A stretch of 64,000 bases of DNA from an uncultured Ohtaekwangia sp. (GCA_964439205.1 CAYTNM010000013.1:3-64002); one strand, 5' to 3'. Counted from the stretch's first letter, positions 38,939-49,770 are shown. Notes: generated by a model from the letters alone, not told the origin. Translations and numbers: made by a program.

Positions 38939-41389
38939 ATGTGGGCATCTGTTTCTAGTGCAATCATTCGCTATCGGACACTGTTGATGTTGATTATTCT
39001 CGGCATCACGGCCGTGATGGGATTTTATGCCGCTCGCGTGGAGATGAGTTACGACTTCGCCCGGACCGTACCACCCAATGATCCCGACATGGTTTTTCTG
39101 AATAAATTCAGAGAGCAATTTGGTGAGGATGGGAACGTGGTGGCGGTAGGATTAAAGGACAGTTCCATTTTCAGGATAGATAACTTCAAATCCTTTCAAA
39201 GGCTAAATCAGGAGTTAAGTAAGATTGAAGGAGTCAATGGAGTTCTATCGCTGCCCGAACTAAAGATCATTCAAAAGGATACCGCGGCAAAAAAGTTTTA
39301 CCTGGCTTCCTTGTTTCCGGATTCTGTTTCTACGCAAGAGCAATTAGATAGTCTGTTAACAGTAGCCAGAGGTCAGAAATTTTACATGGGTCAGTTGGTG
39401 AATACGACCAATGGAGCCACCATGATGCTGGTCTCCATGAAAAGCGGATTTGCCAATTCGGCCAGGCGAATTGAACTGACCAACAGCCTGGTCACCAGTG
39501 GAAAAAAATTTACTGAAAAAACCGGCATTGAATTGCGGTATGCCGGGTTGCCTTTTGTGCGATCCGTGGTAGCCACGCAGGTACGAAAGGAACTTTCCTT
39601 GTTTCTTTATTTATCGGCACTGGTCACGGGAGTGATCATGTTGCTTTTTTTCAGGTCATTTCGAGCCGTCATCTTTTCCATGATCATGATCAGCGTTTTG
39701 GTGATCTGGACCATGGGAACCATTGCATTGCTGGGTTTTAAAATCACGTTGCTCAGCGGACTGATTCCACCGGTGATTGTGACGATTGGAATAACCAATG
39801 CCATTTATCTTCTCAATAAGTATCACGTAGAATATGCCCGCAAAAAAAATAAGATGGAAGCCATTACCATCGTGGTGCAGAAGATGGGGTTGGCTACTTT
39901 TTTAACCAATCTTACGGTAGCGATAGGCTTCCTGACACTGCTGGCGACCGATGTACTGATTTTACGGGAGTTTGGTATTGTAGCCGGGATTAACATTATT
40001 GCTTTGTTCTTTGTAAGCCTGGTGATGATACCGGGCATTCTCTCCTGGTTGCCAGAGCCATCCGCAAAGCATTTAAAGCATTTAGATTTCAGGATTTTAG
40101 GGTGGTTTGTTAAAACCACCGACTGGATGGTGGTACGTCATCGGACGGCCATCTATGTCGTCACCATATTATTGACTGTTTTTTCTGTCGTGGGAATGTT
40201 ACGTCTTCAGTCGGTATCTTTTATGGTGGATGACATTCCGGAGGACAGTCAAATCAAAAAGGATTTGCATTTTTTTGAAGAGAATTTTAGCGGAATCATG
40301 CCGCTGGAGATGGTCGTGGAAATCTTTACCAAGCGCCCGCGCCCGATATTGGATGTAAAAAACATTCAGTCCATCAGTGATTTTGAAAACGCGCTTGATT
40401 CGATAGACGTCACTTCGCGGCCCATCTCGATTGTCAGCTTTGTCAAAGCAGCCAAACAGGCTTTTTACAACAATGATCCGGATCGATACGAATTGCCAAC
40501 CCGTCAGGAGAGTGCCTTTATTCTCACCTACATGCGCGGTCAAAATGACAATAGCGGTCTGTTTAAATCATTTGTAGATACTTCTTTTACCAAGATGCGT
40601 ATTTCCATGCAGATGGCGGACATTGGCTCCAGGCGAATGGACTCGCTGGTGAATTATGTTATTCAACCCAAAGCCGACTCCCTGGTTTCTTCTTTGAAAG
40701 CAAATTTACGTTCACCCAAAGATTCGGTCAGTGTGACACTCACGGGCTCCTCTAAAATCTTTATCAAGGGCAATAAGTTTTTAATTAATAACCTGACGGA
40801 GAGTTTGATATTGGCGTTTATACTGATTACACTCTCCATGGCTGCCTTGTTTGCCAACGTGCGAATGATCATCATTTCGTTAATCCCTAATCTGATCGCG
40901 TTAATGATTACCGCAGGTCTGATGGGTTACTTTGACATCCCGCTCAAGGCAAGCACCGCGCTGATCTTTAGTATTACCTTTGGTATTTCAGTTGACAACT
41001 CCATTCGCTTTTTGGCAAAATATCGACAGGAATTGTTAACCAATCAATTCTTTGTGCCACGCTCGGTCAGCGAAACAATTTTAGAAACCGGGAAAAGCAT
41101 CATTTATACATCCATTGTCTTGTTTGCCGGCTTCATCATTTTTGCCTTCTCAGACTTTGGCGGCACAGTGGCCCTCGGGTTACTCACGTCCACCACACTG
41201 GTGATTTCCATGTTTACCAATTTGATCTTGTTACCGGCATTGATTTTAACGTTTGATAAACCCAGAAAAGGCAAGGGAGGAGATTTGTTAATTGATGAGT
41301 TCGACTCCAGCTTTTATGGCGAACAAGATGATGAGGCCATTGATTTGAGTAAAATAAAAATTCATGATCGGAGTGGCTCAGCCGAGTAA
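38939..41389 (+). CDS. MMPL/RND-family transporter
   Basis: Two repeats of TM, large loop and 5 TM; GISVDNSI; LILLPAL. Confidence 0.88.
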   Translation: MWASVSSAIIRYRTLLMLIILGITAVMGFYAARVEMSYDFARTVPPNDPDMVFLNKFREQFGEDGNVVAVGLKDSSIFRIDNFKSFQRLNQELSKIEGVNGVLSLPELKIIQKDTAAKKFYLASLFPDSVSTQEQLDSLLTVARGQKFYMGQLVNTTNGATMMLVSMKSGFANSARRIELTNSLVTSGKKFTEKTGIELRYAGLPFVRSVVATQVRKELSLFLYLSALVTGVIMLLFFRSFRAVIFSMIMISVLVIWTMGTIALLGFKITLLSGLIPPVIVTIGITNAIYLLNKYHVEYARKKNKMEAITIVVQKMGLATFLTNLTVAIGFLTLLATDVLILREFGIVAGINIIALFFVSLVMIPGILSWLPEPSAKHLKHLDFRILGWFVKTTDWMVVRHRTAIYVVTILLTVFSVVGMLRLQSVSFMVDDIPEDSQIKKDLHFFEENFSGIMPLEMVVEIFTKRPRPILDVKNIQSISDFENALDSIDVTSRPISIVSFVKAAKQAFYNNDPDRYELPTRQESAFILTYMRGQNDNSGLFKSFVDTSFTKMRISMQMADIGSRRMDSLVNYVIQPKADSLVSSLKANLRSPKDSVSVTLTGSSKIFIKGNKFLINNLTESLILAFILITLSMAALFANVRMIIISLIPNLIALMITAGLMGYFDIPLKASTALIFSITFGISVDNSIRFLAKYRQELLTNQFFVPRSVSETILETGKSIIYTSIVLFAGFIIFAFSDFGGTVALGLLTSTTLVISMFTNLILLPALILTFDKPRKGKGGDLLIDEFDSSFYGEQDDEAIDLSKIKIHDRSGSAE

Positions 41390-41416
41390 TGATTTTCTTC
41401 TCCATATTTTTTAGAA

Positions 41417-44400
41417 ATGTCAACCAGATATAAAGAACCCAAAGACATTAGCTTCGCCAAAGTAGCGGAAGAAATACTGGCTTTTTGGAACCAGGAACAA
41501 ATATTTGAAAAATCCATTCAGGTGCGCGAGGGATCACCCTCGTTTACGTTTTACGAAGGCCCACCTTCGGCCAATGGTACACCGGGGATACACCATGTGA
41601 TGGCTCGTACAGTCAAGGATATCTTTTGCCGGTATAAGACATTACAGGGTTTTCAGGTGAAACGAAAGGGAGGATGGGATACGCATGGACTTCCGATTGA
41701 ACTGCAGGTGGAAAAGGAACTGGGTATCACGAAAGATGATATCGGAAAAAAAATATCCATAGCAGAGTACAATCAGAAGTGCCGTGAAACGGTAATGAAA
41801 TATAAAGATCAGTGGGATGATCTGACTAACCGCATGGGCTATTGGGTAGATTTGAAAAACCCATACATCACCTACGAAAAAGAGTATATTGAAACACTCT
41901 GGTGGATACTTAAGAAATTTTACGACAAAGGTCTACTGTATAAAGGCTACACAATTCAGCCGTATTCGCCCTCGGACGGCACGGGATTGAGTTCGCACGA
42001 ACTCAATCAACCCGGTTGTTATAAGAACGTGAAAGATACCTCCGTGGTGGCGCAGTTCAAGGTCATCCGAAATGCGCAATCAGATTTTCTGTTTGATGAA
42101 ACGGACTCCGATGTATTTGTTCTGGCATGGACCACCACTCCGTGGACGCTTCCTTCCAACACTGCATTGGCCGTAGGTGAAAAAATTAACTACGTGCTGA
42201 TTCACTCCTTTAACCCATACACCTTTAAAGCAGTACGTGTCATCCTCGCGAAGGATCTGGTTGGTAAATATTTCTCCGATAAGAGCAAGGGACTGCCGTT
42301 GACTGATTATAAGCCAGGGGATAAATCCATTCCTTTCGAGGTAGTCAAAGAATTTGTGGGTAAGGAGTTATTGGGTGTTCGGTACGAACAACTCATGCCG
42401 TATGTGCAACCTTTTTACGCAAAGGAAAAAGCATTCCAGATCATATCCGGAGATTTTGTTACGACAGAAGACGGAACAGGGGTGGTACACATCTCGCCTA
42501 CGTTTGGGGCCGATGACTTTCGGGTGGCCAGGCAAAATGGAATTCCGGCTTTGACCATTAAAGATGAAACTGGCCAGGAGGTACCTACGGTTGATAAGAA
42601 AGGCAAGTTCATTGCTGCTATTGGCGAACGACTACAGGAAGGTGTAGCTAGCTATAAAATCAAAACGCACAAGCCGTTAGGAGTCGATGATTTCTATGTC
42701 AAAAATTACACAGATGAAGATGAAACACATCCGGATTATAAAAATACGGACGTCATCATTTCCATTATCCTAAAGGAAGAGAATAAAGCATTTAAAGTCG
42801 AAAAGTACGAGCACACCTACCCTCATTCCTGGCGCACCGACAAGCCTGTATTGTACTACCCGTTAGATGCATGGTTTATTAAAACCACAGCCTTGAAAGA
42901 TAAGATGGTGCAGCAAAATAAAACCATCAACTGGAAACCCGAGTCAACAGGTACCGGTCGTTTTGGAAATTGGTTGGAGAATCTGGTGGATTGGAATCTA
43001 TCCCGATCCAGGTATTGGGGAACCCCGCTGCCGATCTGGCGAACCAAGGACGGACGAGAGGAAATTTGTATTGGATCTCTTCAGCAATTAAATGAGGAGA
43101 TTGAAAAGGCAAGAAAAGCCGGTATTGCTAATTCTACATTGGATGTTCACACCTTTGATTTACACCGACCCTTCGTAGATGAAATTATCCTGGTGAGTAA
43201 ATCCGGAACTCCCATGCATCGGGAAACGGATCTGATAGATGTGTGGTTCGATTCAGGAGCCATGCCATATGCACAATGGCATTATCCTTTTGAAAACCAG
43301 AAAGTATTTGAAAAGGCCTATCCAGCTGATTATATCTCGGAAGGAGTCGATCAAACCCGGGGTTGGTTTTTCACCCTTCATGCCATTGCCAGTTTGCTGG
43401 ATGAGAGTAGCGAAGAGATCAGAGCCGTCAATCAAAAGGTTGGAAATGGAGGCGTAGCATTCAAAAACGTAATCTCTACCGGTCTGGTACTGGATAAGAA
43501 CGGTGAAAAAATGAGTAAACGCAAGGGCAATGTCATCGACCCTTACATCACGCTGGATAAATACGGAGCAGACGTTGTGCGCTGGTACATGATTGAAAAT
43601 GCGCCTCCCTGGGACAATCTGAAATTTGATATGGACGGCCTTGGGGAAACACAACGTAGATTTTTTGGAACATTAATTAACACCTATTCCTTTTTTGCTC
43701 TTTATGCCAACATTGATGGTTTTATCAAAGATGAGAGCGATGTTGTTCCGTTTGGTCAGCTGGCACCACTGGATCAATGGATCATGACCAAAGAACAACG
43801 CCTGATTGCCGAGGTAACGGCTGCTTATGAAGATTACGAGCCCACGAAAGCCGCCCGGGCCATTCAGGAGTTTGTTAATGATCATCTGTCCAATTGGTAT
43901 GTCCGGTTAAACCGAAAGCGTTTTTGGCAGCCCTCTAACCGTGGTGAGTTATCATTGGATAAACGAGCAGCCTATGAAACATTGTACGAGTGTCTGATGG
44001 TGACTACTCAATTGATGTCGCCCATTGCCCCGTTCTTTAGCGAGTGGTTATATAAAAATCTAACTGACAACATTCGCAAGAAAGCTGTGAAGTTGAATAG
44101 CCCTCTTCGATTTGACTCCGTTCATCATACATTATTGGTTAAAATGGACGCTAATCGGGTAGATGCAGAATTGGAACAATCTATGGAATATGCCCAACGC
44201 ATCAGTTCCCTGATTCACTCCATCCGTAAAAACGCTAAGATAAAAGTGCGTACACCTCTGCAAAAAGTACTGCTTCCTGTATTGGATGGCAAGTTTGCTG
44301 ATCGCGTAAAAAGCGTTGAATCGATTATCAAAGCGGAGGTAAACATTAAAGAGATTCAATACATCGATGACACTTCCGATCTGCTGGTAAAAAAAGTTAA

Positions 44401-44899
44401 ACCTAACCTGGCCAGGTTAGGTAAACAGTATGGATCTCGGATGAAAGAAGTGTCGGTGGTTATATCGTCTTTTACCAAAGACGATATTCATCAATTGGAA
44501 AAGCAAGGTAAGATTCACAAGGGAGGATTTGATTTGGTGGTGGAAGATGTCTTGATTTCATCTGAAGATATCCCCGGCTGGGCAGTGGCTCATGAAGCCG
44601 GAGTAACTGTCGCGCTGGATATCCATATTACCGATGAACTGAAGCGGGAAGGAATTGCCCGGGATTTTGTGAATCGGATTCAGAATCTTCGTAAAGACAT
44701 GGGACTGGAAGTCCTCGATAAAATTGACATTGAGGTGGAAAACGGACAACCGGTGGTGATGGCAGCCATTTCAGAGTTTAAAGATTACATCAGCCAGGAA
44801 ACGCAGGCATTGGCGTTGGAATTCAAGGATTCCATGAGCACTGCTACAGTAATAGACATGGACGAGTTTGGATTAAGAGTACAGGTGAGGAAGCGATAA
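41417..44899 (+). CDS. ileS: Isoleucine--tRNA ligase, type 2
   Basis: EGPPSANGTPGIHH, GWDTHGLP, WTTTPWTLPSN, SRSRYWGTP, KMSKR, no C-terminal zinc finger. Confidence 0.97.
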   Translation: MSTRYKEPKDISFAKVAEEILAFWNQEQIFEKSIQVREGSPSFTFYEGPPSANGTPGIHHVMARTVKDIFCRYKTLQGFQVKRKGGWDTHGLPIELQVEKELGITKDDIGKKISIAEYNQKCRETVMKYKDQWDDLTNRMGYWVDLKNPYITYEKEYIETLWWILKKFYDKGLLYKGYTIQPYSPSDGTGLSSHELNQPGCYKNVKDTSVVAQFKVIRNAQSDFLFDETDSDVFVLAWTTTPWTLPSNTALAVGEKINYVLIHSFNPYTFKAVRVILAKDLVGKYFSDKSKGLPLTDYKPGDKSIPFEVVKEFVGKELLGVRYEQLMPYVQPFYAKEKAFQIISGDFVTTEDGTGVVHISPTFGADDFRVARQNGIPALTIKDETGQEVPTVDKKGKFIAAIGERLQEGVASYKIKTHKPLGVDDFYVKNYTDEDETHPDYKNTDVIISIILKEENKAFKVEKYEHTYPHSWRTDKPVLYYPLDAWFIKTTALKDKMVQQNKTINWKPESTGTGRFGNWLENLVDWNLSRSRYWGTPLPIWRTKDGREEICIGSLQQLNEEIEKARKAGIANSTLDVHTFDLHRPFVDEIILVSKSGTPMHRETDLIDVWFDSGAMPYAQWHYPFENQKVFEKAYPADYISEGVDQTRGWFFTLHAIASLLDESSEEIRAVNQKVGNGGVAFKNVISTGLVLDKNGEKMSKRKGNVIDPYITLDKYGADVVRWYMIENAPPWDNLKFDMDGLGETQRRFFGTLINTYSFFALYANIDGFIKDESDVVPFGQLAPLDQWIMTKEQRLIAEVTAAYEDYEPTKAARAIQEFVNDHLSNWYVRLNRKRFWQPSNRGELSLDKRAAYETLYECLMVTTQLMSPIAPFFSEWLYKNLTDNIRKKAVKLNSPLRFDSVHHTLLVKMDANRVDAELEQSMEYAQRISSLIHSIRKNAKIKVRTPLQKVLLPVLDGKFADRVKSVESIIKAEVNIKEIQYIDDTSDLLVKKVKPNLARLGKQYGSRMKEVSVVISSFTKDDIHQLEKQGKIHKGGFDLVVEDVLISSEDIPGWAVAHEAGVTVALDIHITDELKREGIARDFVNRIQNLRKDMGLEVLDKIDIEVENGQPVVMAAISEFKDYISQETQALALEFKDSMSTATVIDMDEFGLRVQVRKR

Positions 44900-44914
44900 T
44901 CTAATAGCAGCTAA

Positions 44915-45595
44915 ATGAAGATCGGCAAGTATTTTTTGGTAGCCTTGGTGATTGTATTGATTGATCAAACAAGCAAGGTATTGGTGCATACCTATATGGT
45001 AGAGGGACAAACGATTAATGTCCTTCCGGCTGATGGATTTGCCCGTTTTGGTTTTAAACTTCATTATCTGTTAAATCCAGGAATGGCTTTTGGAATCCGG
45101 TGGGAAAGTGAATTTGGAAAGTTAGCACTTACACTCTTCCGGTTGGTAGCCATGGTTGGTATTGGATACTATTTGTTTAAGATGGTACACAAAGCTCATA
45201 ACGGTTTTCTGATTTGTATGGGGTTAATTTTAGGAGGGGCCGTGGGCAATGTTATTGATAGTGTCTTTTATGGTGTCTTTTTTAATAATGCATTGGAAGG
45301 TTCTCCTACACCATGGTTTCATGGTCAGGTGATTGACATGCTATATTTCCCACTTTTTCAGTTTGAATGGCCCTCCTGGCTTCCGATTCTGGGAGGCAAA
45401 GATTTTCTGTTTTTTAGTCCTGTGTTTAATATTGCCGATTCATCCATCTTCATTGGGGTAGTTTTGATCCTTGTTTTTCAAAAAAGATTTTTTGCCGAGT
45501 ACGATAAAAAAACGAATCCGGAAGATCAAACCCTGTCGGATACAAGTGATCCCTCTTTACAAGAACAACCCACCCCACCAACGATACTTGAATAG
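44915..45595 (+). CDS. lspA: Lipoprotein signal peptidase II
   Basis: DQTSK, NPGMAFG, GGAVGNVID, VIDM, FNIAD; follows ileS. Confidence 0.93.
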   Translation: MKIGKYFLVALVIVLIDQTSKVLVHTYMVEGQTINVLPADGFARFGFKLHYLLNPGMAFGIRWESEFGKLALTLFRLVAMVGIGYYLFKMVHKAHNGFLICMGLILGGAVGNVIDSVFYGVFFNNALEGSPTPWFHGQVIDMLYFPLFQFEWPSWLPILGGKDFLFFSPVFNIADSSIFIGVVLILVFQKRFFAEYDKKTNPEDQTLSDTSDPSLQEQPTPPTILE

Positions 45596-45604
45596 AATCA
45601 AATC

Positions 45605-46084
45605 ATGGCAGAAAGTTTAGTCATAGCCAATGGAAGCAAGCAGGATCGCTATCAGACATTAGTGCCTCAAATCGAAAACCTGATCGATGGAGAAAAAGAT
45701 TTGATTGCGAATCTTTCAAATGTTTGTGCTGCGCTTCGTCAAACTTTTGGTTTCTTTTGGGTAGGATTTTATCTGGTAAAAGAAAATCAATTGGTGTTAG
45801 GACCGTTTCAAGGTCCGATTGCCTGTACCCGCATTTCCTATGGCAAAGGGGTATGCGGAACAAGCTGGAAAGAAGCCCGCACCATATTGGTACCAGATGT
45901 GGATCAGTTTCCCGGACATATTGCTTGTAGTTCAGATTCCAGATCGGAAGTAGTAATTCCGGGTTTTAAAAACCAGGTGGTCCATCTCGTATTAGATGTT
46001 GACAGTGATCGACTCAATGATTTTGATCAAACAGATTGTATCTATCTGGAGCAGATTATGCGGTTGGTAGAACGATCGCTGTAA
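45605..46084 (+). CDS. msrC: GAF-domain free methionine-R-sulfoxide reductase
   Basis: WVGFY, LGPFQGPIAC, GKGVCG, VPDVDQFPGHIAC, LDVDS. Confidence 0.88.
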   Translation: MAESLVIANGSKQDRYQTLVPQIENLIDGEKDLIANLSNVCAALRQTFGFFWVGFYLVKENQLVLGPFQGPIACTRISYGKGVCGTSWKEARTILVPDVDQFPGHIACSSDSRSEVVIPGFKNQVVHLVLDVDSDRLNDFDQTDCIYLEQIMRLVERSL

Positions 46085-46129
46085 GGGTTTCATAGCTTTT
46101 CTTACCTTCGCTGCATAAACATTCAGTGT

Positions 46130-47107
46130 ATGCGCTTCCTATTCGCTTTGGTCATGACTGGGTTATTTTCTGCTGCTTCCGCTCAAATCGGAGCGAAGGC
46201 GCAGCCATCGGGCAAGATTCATGGAATCTGGCACAATCATCAGTTTGGATATCAAATGACGTTAATGCTTCAACCCGATGGTAATGGTGAATTTGATGGT
46301 GAACCTATCCGGTTTGCGGTGCAGGGAAATAAACTTACGGTCATGACAAATGGTGAATCTACCGTTTATACATTTGCATTAGCCGTCAACACACTCACAC
46401 TTTCCGATGGTGATTTAGATGGGCCCATTGCCTTTACCCGGAGCGGAACGGCAGGAAAAACTGAACCCAGGACTCAGGTAACGCCAGAGTCAACCGCTTC
46501 CACTTCAGGACTTATCGGAATATGGTCGGGTAACGGGGAGACAATCGAGTTTAGAAAGGACGGCACATGCGTTTACCTCGGGAATACGCTACCATACGAA
46601 GCCTCCCGGGAATCTGTTGCTATTACTTTACCGCAAGGCCAGGCCAGATTTGCTTATGGAATCCAAAACAATCAACTCACCTTGAGTGCCAATGGTCAAA
46701 ATGTTGTTTATCAGCGAGGGTTAACAAAAGAAAAACCAAATACAGCTATGCCCGGTAACGGGTCAGCGGAATTAGCCGGCAAATGGTGTTTTGTAAACGT
46801 AACTTCTACGAATAGCGGAGGTTCCAGTGCAGATGAGTGTATTACACTACATGCCAACGGTACTTATGAGTATTACTCAGAAAGTTCGATGAGTGTTAAC
46901 ACCAATGAATTTGCCGGGGGAACAAATTCGCAATCCAGCGATAGAGGTACCTGGCGAGTACAAGGGGATCGTATTTATTACAACTCGCAAACACAGGGGC
47001 AGGGCTCTTATCAACTTCAGAAGATCAATCATCCCCGAACCGGAGACCCGATGATTGTGCTGGATGGCAAATCGTATGTCACGCAGTTTCAGCGAGCGCC
47101 CTGGTGA
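46130..47107 (+). CDS. Secreted hypothetical protein with three repeated beta-rich domains
   Basis: Signal peptide; three units starting IHGIW, LIGIW and LAGKW, each followed by a DG/NG turn. Confidence 0.7.
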   Translation: MRFLFALVMTGLFSAASAQIGAKAQPSGKIHGIWHNHQFGYQMTLMLQPDGNGEFDGEPIRFAVQGNKLTVMTNGESTVYTFALAVNTLTLSDGDLDGPIAFTRSGTAGKTEPRTQVTPESTASTSGLIGIWSGNGETIEFRKDGTCVYLGNTLPYEASRESVAITLPQGQARFAYGIQNNQLTLSANGQNVVYQRGLTKEKPNTAMPGNGSAELAGKWCFVNVTSTNSGGSSADECITLHANGTYEYYSESSMSVNTNEFAGGTNSQSSDRGTWRVQGDRIYYNSQTQGQGSYQLQKINHPRTGDPMIVLDGKSYVTQFQRAPW

Positions 47108-47277
47108 ATCTTTGATAATATACATTTATTAAGGACCTCCTTATTTCCAACCCATCCGATTCGGGTGATGGAATTCCAACGTCCCTGCCTTTCTTTTAGA
47201 TGAGAAGGGGCTTTACATAAATAGTATTTTGTCAACGATTTCTTTTTGTTACATTCACTTCCCTTAAACTTCTTCCC

Positions 47278-48420
47278 ATGACAAACTATTCCCGTAGAAA
47301 TTGGATGAAATCCGCTGCCGGTTTAACGGCCGGTATGATGATCACTTCCGCCTGGGCGGATCAACTGTTTGCCGCTCCGGTCAGCAAGGCCGAGGAATGG
47401 CTCAATCCTTTGGCTGCTAACGGCAAACTGGTGCGATTGGGATCCAACGAAAACCCGTATGGTCCATCAGCCAAAGCGCGCAAAGCATTGGTGGCCGCCA
47501 TGGATGAATTTAACCGCTATGCGAATGATGGTGTCAACGAACTCAAAAAAGCGATTGCCGCAAAAGAAGGAGTCAGTGCAGATCATGTTTTAGTTACGGC
47601 CGGTTCTTCGGAGACACTGTGCCTGACAGGTATGGGTGCAGGTTTGGAAGGCGGCTCGGTGCTTTCAGCCTACCCTACGTTCCGACTCCTGATGGACTAT
47701 GCGGAGAAGTTTAACGCCCGTTGGGATAAAGTTGATTTGAATAGCGAATTGGTTCACGATTTACCAGCTTTAGCCTCGGCACTGAAAAGTGATACGCGAA
47801 TATTATTTTTATGTAACCCAAACAATCCGACAGGCACGTTCATACCGGGTGACCAATTCAAAAATTTCTGTCAGGAAATGAGTAAAAAAACTACGGTGTT
47901 TGTCGATGAAGCATACATCGAATTTCTGGAACCAGACGAACAGCGCACCATGGTTGAATTGGTCAAAGAGGGTCAAAACGTCATTGTTTCCAGAACATTT
48001 TCAAAAGTGCATGGATTGGCAGGCTTGCGAATAGCTTACGCCATAGCCCCTCCGGATGTTATTAAAAAACTGGCACGTTTTCAGATGGGTGCTGTCATTA
48101 ATCAGGCGGCCCTGGCAGCGGCTAAGGCGAGTTTGGAGGATCATGAATTTGCTATTTATACTCGCAAGAAAAACAACGAGGCCTTAGCTTATTTCAGTAA
48201 TTATCTTTCATCCAAAGGATGGATTCATGGAAAATCCAGAGCGAACGTGGTCTTATTTCCCGCCCCTAAATCCGGTAAACAGATATTAGAACAGACACTC
48301 GCTAAAGGATTTCAAATCCGGGTGTGGGATTATAAAGAAAAAGAATGGTGCCGGGTAAGTATTGGTACGCTGGAGGAGATGAAATTATTTACCAAGGCGT
48401 TTGATGAGGTCATAGGCTGA
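47278..48420 (+). CDS. PLP-dependent aminotransferase (HisC-like) with Tat signal
   Basis: SRRNWMK twin-arginine signal, LGSNENPYGPS, CNPNNPTG, DEAY, RTFSKVHGLAGLR. Confidence 0.88.
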   Translation: MTNYSRRNWMKSAAGLTAGMMITSAWADQLFAAPVSKAEEWLNPLAANGKLVRLGSNENPYGPSAKARKALVAAMDEFNRYANDGVNELKKAIAAKEGVSADHVLVTAGSSETLCLTGMGAGLEGGSVLSAYPTFRLLMDYAEKFNARWDKVDLNSELVHDLPALASALKSDTRILFLCNPNNPTGTFIPGDQFKNFCQEMSKKTTVFVDEAYIEFLEPDEQRTMVELVKEGQNVIVSRTFSKVHGLAGLRIAYAIAPPDVIKKLARFQMGAVINQAALAAAKASLEDHEFAIYTRKKNNEALAYFSNYLSSKGWIHGKSRANVVLFPAPKSGKQILEQTLAKGFQIRVWDYKEKEWCRVSIGTLEEMKLFTKAFDEVIG

Positions 48421-48447
48421 TGGGTTTTTGTTGACCCAAATGAAATA

Positions 48448-48480
48448 AAAAAAATCCAGAACAATTCTCTGGATTTTTTT
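48448..48480. terminator. Bidirectional intrinsic terminator
   Basis: AAAAAAATCCAGA-acaattc-TCTGGATTTTTTT between convergent genes. Confidence 0.8.
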
Positions 48481-48520
48481 GTGACATGAATTTTGTGTGA
48501 GTATTTGCCTGGCAATGACA

Positions 48521-49633
48521 CTAAGCTAACGATGTATCTAAGCTAGTCACAGGTTTTTGCCCGAGAATGCGCAATTGCTCGGCATGGGCCACCACTGCCT
48601 GCCAAAATGTTTCTTTCGATTTGTAAGGTAAACCGAACTCTTTGGCTGTTTGTTCCACAATGGGAGCAATGGCCCGGTAATGGACATGACAGATATTGGG
48701 AAACAAATGATGTTCCACCTGAAAATTTAACCCACCCACATACCATGAAAACAATTTTTGGCGATGACCAAAATTAGTGGTGGTATGCAACTGATGGATC
48801 GCCCAGGAGTTTTCCAGGTTATCATTGGCATCTCCAACCGGGTATTCCGTTCCTTCAATGACGTGCGCAGGTTGAAAAATAATGGCCAAAATAAAACCAG
48901 CCACATAATGCATCACTAAAAAACCCAATAGCAGTTCGCCAATAGAAACCGGCAGCAGGAGATAGGGAATCACAAAAAGATAACCAATAACTATTATTTT
49001 GGTAAGAATAACCCCGATCCATTGTGCAAGAGCGGAGGTCTTTTGTTTTTTGATTAAACCCTCGCGGTCATATTTAACAAGTCTTCCAAAGTCTTTAAAT
49101 ACCACCCACACCAGGGTAAGCAGACCATAAAAAAACCAGGCATATAAATGTTGAAACTGATGCATCCATTTCCAGTCCGTACCGGGGGCCATGCGCAATA
49201 CACCCCGGGGGCTGATGTCTTCATCGGTATCATGAACATTGGTATAGGTGTGATGCAATACATTATGTTGAACCTTCCAGTTAAAAGCATGCCCACCCAC
49301 CAGGTTCAGGGAATATCCTAAAAAGTCATTTACCCACTTTTTGTTGGAGTAGGCCCCATGATTCGCATCGTGCATGATCGATAGACCAATGCCAGCCATT
49401 CCTAATCCCATGACAAAACAAAGACCCAGGAGCACCCAACCATTAGTAAACATGCCACTAATCATCAGGAAGTAGGGGGTAAAGTAGAGAGCAAACATAA
49501 AAATGGTTTTGATAACCATTTCTGTGTTGGCGGTGCGTTCGATTTGATTGGTTTTAAAGTACTCATTTACGCGCTTGTTCAGCGTGATAAAAAAGTCTTG
49601 TTGCCGGTTGGCAAATTTGAGATTCAGGTTCAT
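48521..49633 (-). CDS. Membrane fatty-acid (acyl-CoA) desaturase
   Basis: His boxes HDANH, HNVLHH and QVEHH. Confidence 0.93.
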   Translation of the reverse strand: MNLNLKFANRQQDFFITLNKRVNEYFKTNQIERTANTEMVIKTIFMFALYFTPYFLMISGMFTNGWVLLGLCFVMGLGMAGIGLSIMHDANHGAYSNKKWVNDFLGYSLNLVGGHAFNWKVQHNVLHHTYTNVHDTDEDISPRGVLRMAPGTDWKWMHQFQHLYAWFFYGLLTLVWVVFKDFGRLVKYDREGLIKKQKTSALAQWIGVILTKIIVIGYLFVIPYLLLPVSIGELLLGFLVMHYVAGFILAIIFQPAHVIEGTEYPVGDANDNLENSWAIHQLHTTTNFGHRQKLFSWYVGGLNFQVEHHLFPNICHVHYRAIAPIVEQTAKEFGLPYKSKETFWQAVVAHAEQLRILGQKPVTSLDTSLA

Positions 49634-49770
49634 GTTATGAGAGTTTCATTCGTACAGATAGAACGGAAATTTATCGATACGCTTGCTGCAAGGTAACTAA
49701 TAAATATGTGAAACGCCCGTTAGGAAGCCCCGTTCGTGTAAATCAGCCATTCTGTTTAATCATTCACACT

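Noticed and set aside
39842..39849. A8 run in the MMPL gene and a similar run in porU near 5053-5060
   Set aside because: Frames are intact and such runs are expected at this base composition; no evidence of phase variation
47108..47277. Weak hairpins upstream of the aminotransferase as a possible riboswitch
   Set aside because: Short imperfect stems with no riboswitch consensus I can recognise
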